Shown: one piece after another, positions 18,026 through 20,000 of the stretch | How the letters are laid out: the number at the start of each line of letters is the position of its first letter | How positions within the stretch are numbered: position 1 is the first letter of the stretch | IMG/VR virus record: IMGVR_UViG_3300043773_001986 | From: an uncultured virus (IMG/VR IMGVR_UViG_3300043773_001986) | Lineage: Duplodnaviria; Heunggongvirae; Uroviricota; Caudoviricetes | Length of the DNA stretch: 20,000 nucleotides | Strand: one strand, 5' to 3' | Translations under genes and position numbers: made by a program | Notes under the pieces: model-generated | What the model was told of the DNA's origin: nothing | The model's input: only the letters and a program-made list of their open reading frames with translations | Databases searched by the model: none

Positions 18026-19792
18026 TTGAATATATCAGGTAACACCTCTAATCTTATTGAATTAAAAGCACTCGACATATTAGATAATTATTCGGGAACA
18101 AATAACTATATTCAAAAATTAAAATACCTAAAGGAATCCAATAAAAAGTTTTACCCCACTCGTTCCCAAGCTGAATATATTATCAACTATCATTCTGTTG
18201 AACCAAAGGTTGCAAAGAAGTGGGTTAATATGGAACCATATTTTGCAAACAAGATTGCTGATGAAAAAAATATGTTATCAGTACCAACTGATATTTGGGT
18301 TGAAAAGTTATTGGTTGATAAAGATAAATCATACCATATTTGGGGTAAATTTAATACTGGTGACACTCTAACAGATATGTGGTTACCTAAGGCAGCATTA
18401 TTAAAAACCCATAATACAATAGAAGTTAAAATTGATTATACAAAATATAGTCACAGACCACCACTTGAACACCAAAAAACCGCAATAGAAAAATTGGTGG
18501 GTAGTAAAAGATTTATTTTAGCTGACGATATGGGACTTGGTAAAACGACTAGTACTATAATCGCAGCATTAGAAACTGATATTAAAAAGATTTTAATTAT
18601 CTGTCCTGCATCCCTTAAGATAAATTGGGAAAGGGAAATTAAAAACTACACAGATAGAAGTGTATATATTTGTGAAGGTAAAAACTTCTCAACTGAACAC
18701 GACTTTGTTATTGTAAATTATGATATCATTAAAAATTTTTATGATTTAAAAAACAAAGAAAACTCCCCAATCACAAAAGGTAACTTTGATTTGGTTATTA
18801 TAGACGAAGCTCATTACATATCCAATCCCCAAGCTCAAAGAACAAAATTAATTAATAGTTTTGTTAAGGATGTTGAATATCTTTGGTTATTAACTGGTAC
18901 TCCAATGACATCAAGACCAATTAACTATTATAATTTATTGAATCTAATTGAAAGTCCTGTTGCTCAAAATTGGATGGCTTATGTTATCCGTTATTGTCAA
19001 GGATATCAATTTAAGGCGGGTAATAGAAAGGTTTGGAATGTGAATGGGGCGTCAAACTTGGAAGAGTTAAGAGATAGGACATCAAGACAAGTTTTAAGAA
19101 GATTAAAAGAGGATGTACTAGATTTACCTGAAAAGATTATTACCCCAATCTATCTTAGATTAAAATCTAAAATGTATGAAGAGTTAATGGGTGAGTATTA
19201 CGAATGGTATAATAAACATCCTGATGAATCGAGGTCTTTAACAGTTCAGTTTAATAAGTTGATGAAAGTTAGACAAGTAATTGCTGAAGAAAAAATATTG
19301 AATACAATTGAGGTTGTTGAAAATATTTTGGAACTTGGTAAAAAAGTTATCATATTCACAAACTTTACAGATACTCTACATAAGATTCATTCTCACTTTG
19401 GAAAGAAAGCTGTTTATTTGGATGGAACTTGCTCAAAGGTTCAAAGACAATACGCTGTTGACCAATTCCAAGATAACGATAAGGTTAAAGTTTTTGTTGG
19501 GAACTTACAAGCTGCAGGAGTTGGTATTACATTAACTGCAGGTGAAGCTGTTGTATTTAATGACTTATCTTTTGTCCCCGCACATCACCAACAAGCTGAG
19601 GATAGAGCCTATAGATATGGTCAAAAGAATTGTGTTTCAGTCTATTATCCATTATTTGATAATACGATTGAAGGTGTTATCTATGATATGTTGATTAATA
19701 AAAAGAATGTTATTGATACTGTTATGGGTGATAATATTGATAGAGCGGAGTTCATTGAGCAAATTATGAACAAGATTAATTCTGTTCGTTAA
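18026..19792 (+). CDS. SNF2-family (SMARCAL1/HARP-like) ATP-dependent helicase
   Basis: 588 aa, TTG start; LADDMGLGKT, ICPASLKINW, IIDEAH, LLTGTP, AAGVGITLT, QAEDRAYRYGQ. Confidence 0.93.
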   Translation: MNISGNTSNLIELKALDILDNYSGTNNYIQKLKYLKESNKKFYPTRSQAEYIINYHSVEPKVAKKWVNMEPYFANKIADEKNMLSVPTDIWVEKLLVDKDKSYHIWGKFNTGDTLTDMWLPKAALLKTHNTIEVKIDYTKYSHRPPLEHQKTAIEKLVGSKRFILADDMGLGKTTSTIIAALETDIKKILIICPASLKINWEREIKNYTDRSVYICEGKNFSTEHDFVIVNYDIIKNFYDLKNKENSPITKGNFDLVIIDEAHYISNPQAQRTKLINSFVKDVEYLWLLTGTPMTSRPINYYNLLNLIESPVAQNWMAYVIRYCQGYQFKAGNRKVWNVNGASNLEELRDRTSRQVLRRLKEDVLDLPEKIITPIYLRLKSKMYEELMGEYYEWYNKHPDESRSLTVQFNKLMKVRQVIAEEKILNTIEVVENILELGKKVIIFTNFTDTLHKIHSHFGKKAVYLDGTCSKVQRQYAVDQFQDNDKVKVFVGNLQAAGVGITLTAGEAVVFNDLSFVPAHHQQAEDRAYRYGQKNCVSVYYPLFDNTIEGVIYDMLINKKNVIDTVMGDNIDRAEFIEQIMNKINSVR

Positions 19793-19803
19793 TATTTATG
19801 AGA

Positions 19804-19810
19804 TATTTAT
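19804..19810 (+). promoter_or_regulatory. TATTTAT putative late promoter motif (one of 8 gene-proximal sites)
   Basis: GATATTTATAT 5 nt before the SOD ATG; the same coding-strand motif precedes seven minus-strand genes (see findings). Confidence 0.6.
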
Positions 19811-19815
19811 ATCTT

Positions 19816-20000
19816 ATGGAAAGAGCAGCAAATTTACTTAAAGAAATAATATTAACTAAAGAAGATATATTATCTGAAGCAAAAAAAATTGGTATTGATA
19901 AATTACCATTTGGATATCGTTCAATTAGTAGTTTCATCGATGGAAAAACGATGGATATACATTACAACAAACATTATAAAGGTTATGTTGATAAATTGAA
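19816..20000 (+). CDS. sod: Fe/Mn superoxide dismutase, 5' part (truncated by the window edge)
   Basis: MERAANLLKEIILTKEDILSEAKKIGIDKLPFGYRSISSFIDGKTMDIHYNKHYKGYVDKL matches the Fe/Mn-SOD N-terminus LPY...I...TMxxHxxKHxxxYVxxLN. Confidence 0.85.
   Translation, partial: MERAANLLKEIILTKEDILSEAKKIGIDKLPFGYRSISSFIDGKTMDIHYNKHYKGYVDKL

Noticed and set aside
19308..19535. 75-aa alternative-frame ORF
   Set aside because: Inside the conserved helicase domain.
1..20000. Stop-codon reassignment
   Set aside because: Long intact ORFs under the standard code; TAA, TGA (6540) and TAG (1135) all end genes at sensible positions.
1..20000. CRISPR arrays, tRNA/rRNA genes, self-splicing introns
   Set aside because: No repeat-spacer array or cloverleaf seen; intergenic gaps are short and the endonuclease is intergenic rather than within a split gene.

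Overview
AT-rich segment of a large myovirus-type (probably jumbo) phage genome; standard code fits. The minus strand carries a contractile-tail/neck module, in transcription order: neck protein, tail terminator-like protein, tail sheath with an Ig-like insertion, a free-standing endonuclease cassette, HAD phosphatase, tail tube, tail/hub chaperone, tape-measure-like protein, a 1679-aa baseplate protein with an OmpA-like domain, a LysM/gp53-like protein and a truncated hub-like gene. The plus strand carries a small ribbon-helix-helix gene missed by the ORF track, an SNF2 helicase and the 5' end of an Fe/Mn superoxide dismutase. Highlights: a candidate +1 frameshift (UUU-UUU-CGC) extending the chaperone, a TATTTAT motif before 8 gene starts, an origin-like CTAG/AT element fed by an antisense promoter, and a nuclease plus Mom-like acetyltransferase fusion. 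All product calls come from motif recognition and synteny, not database searches.
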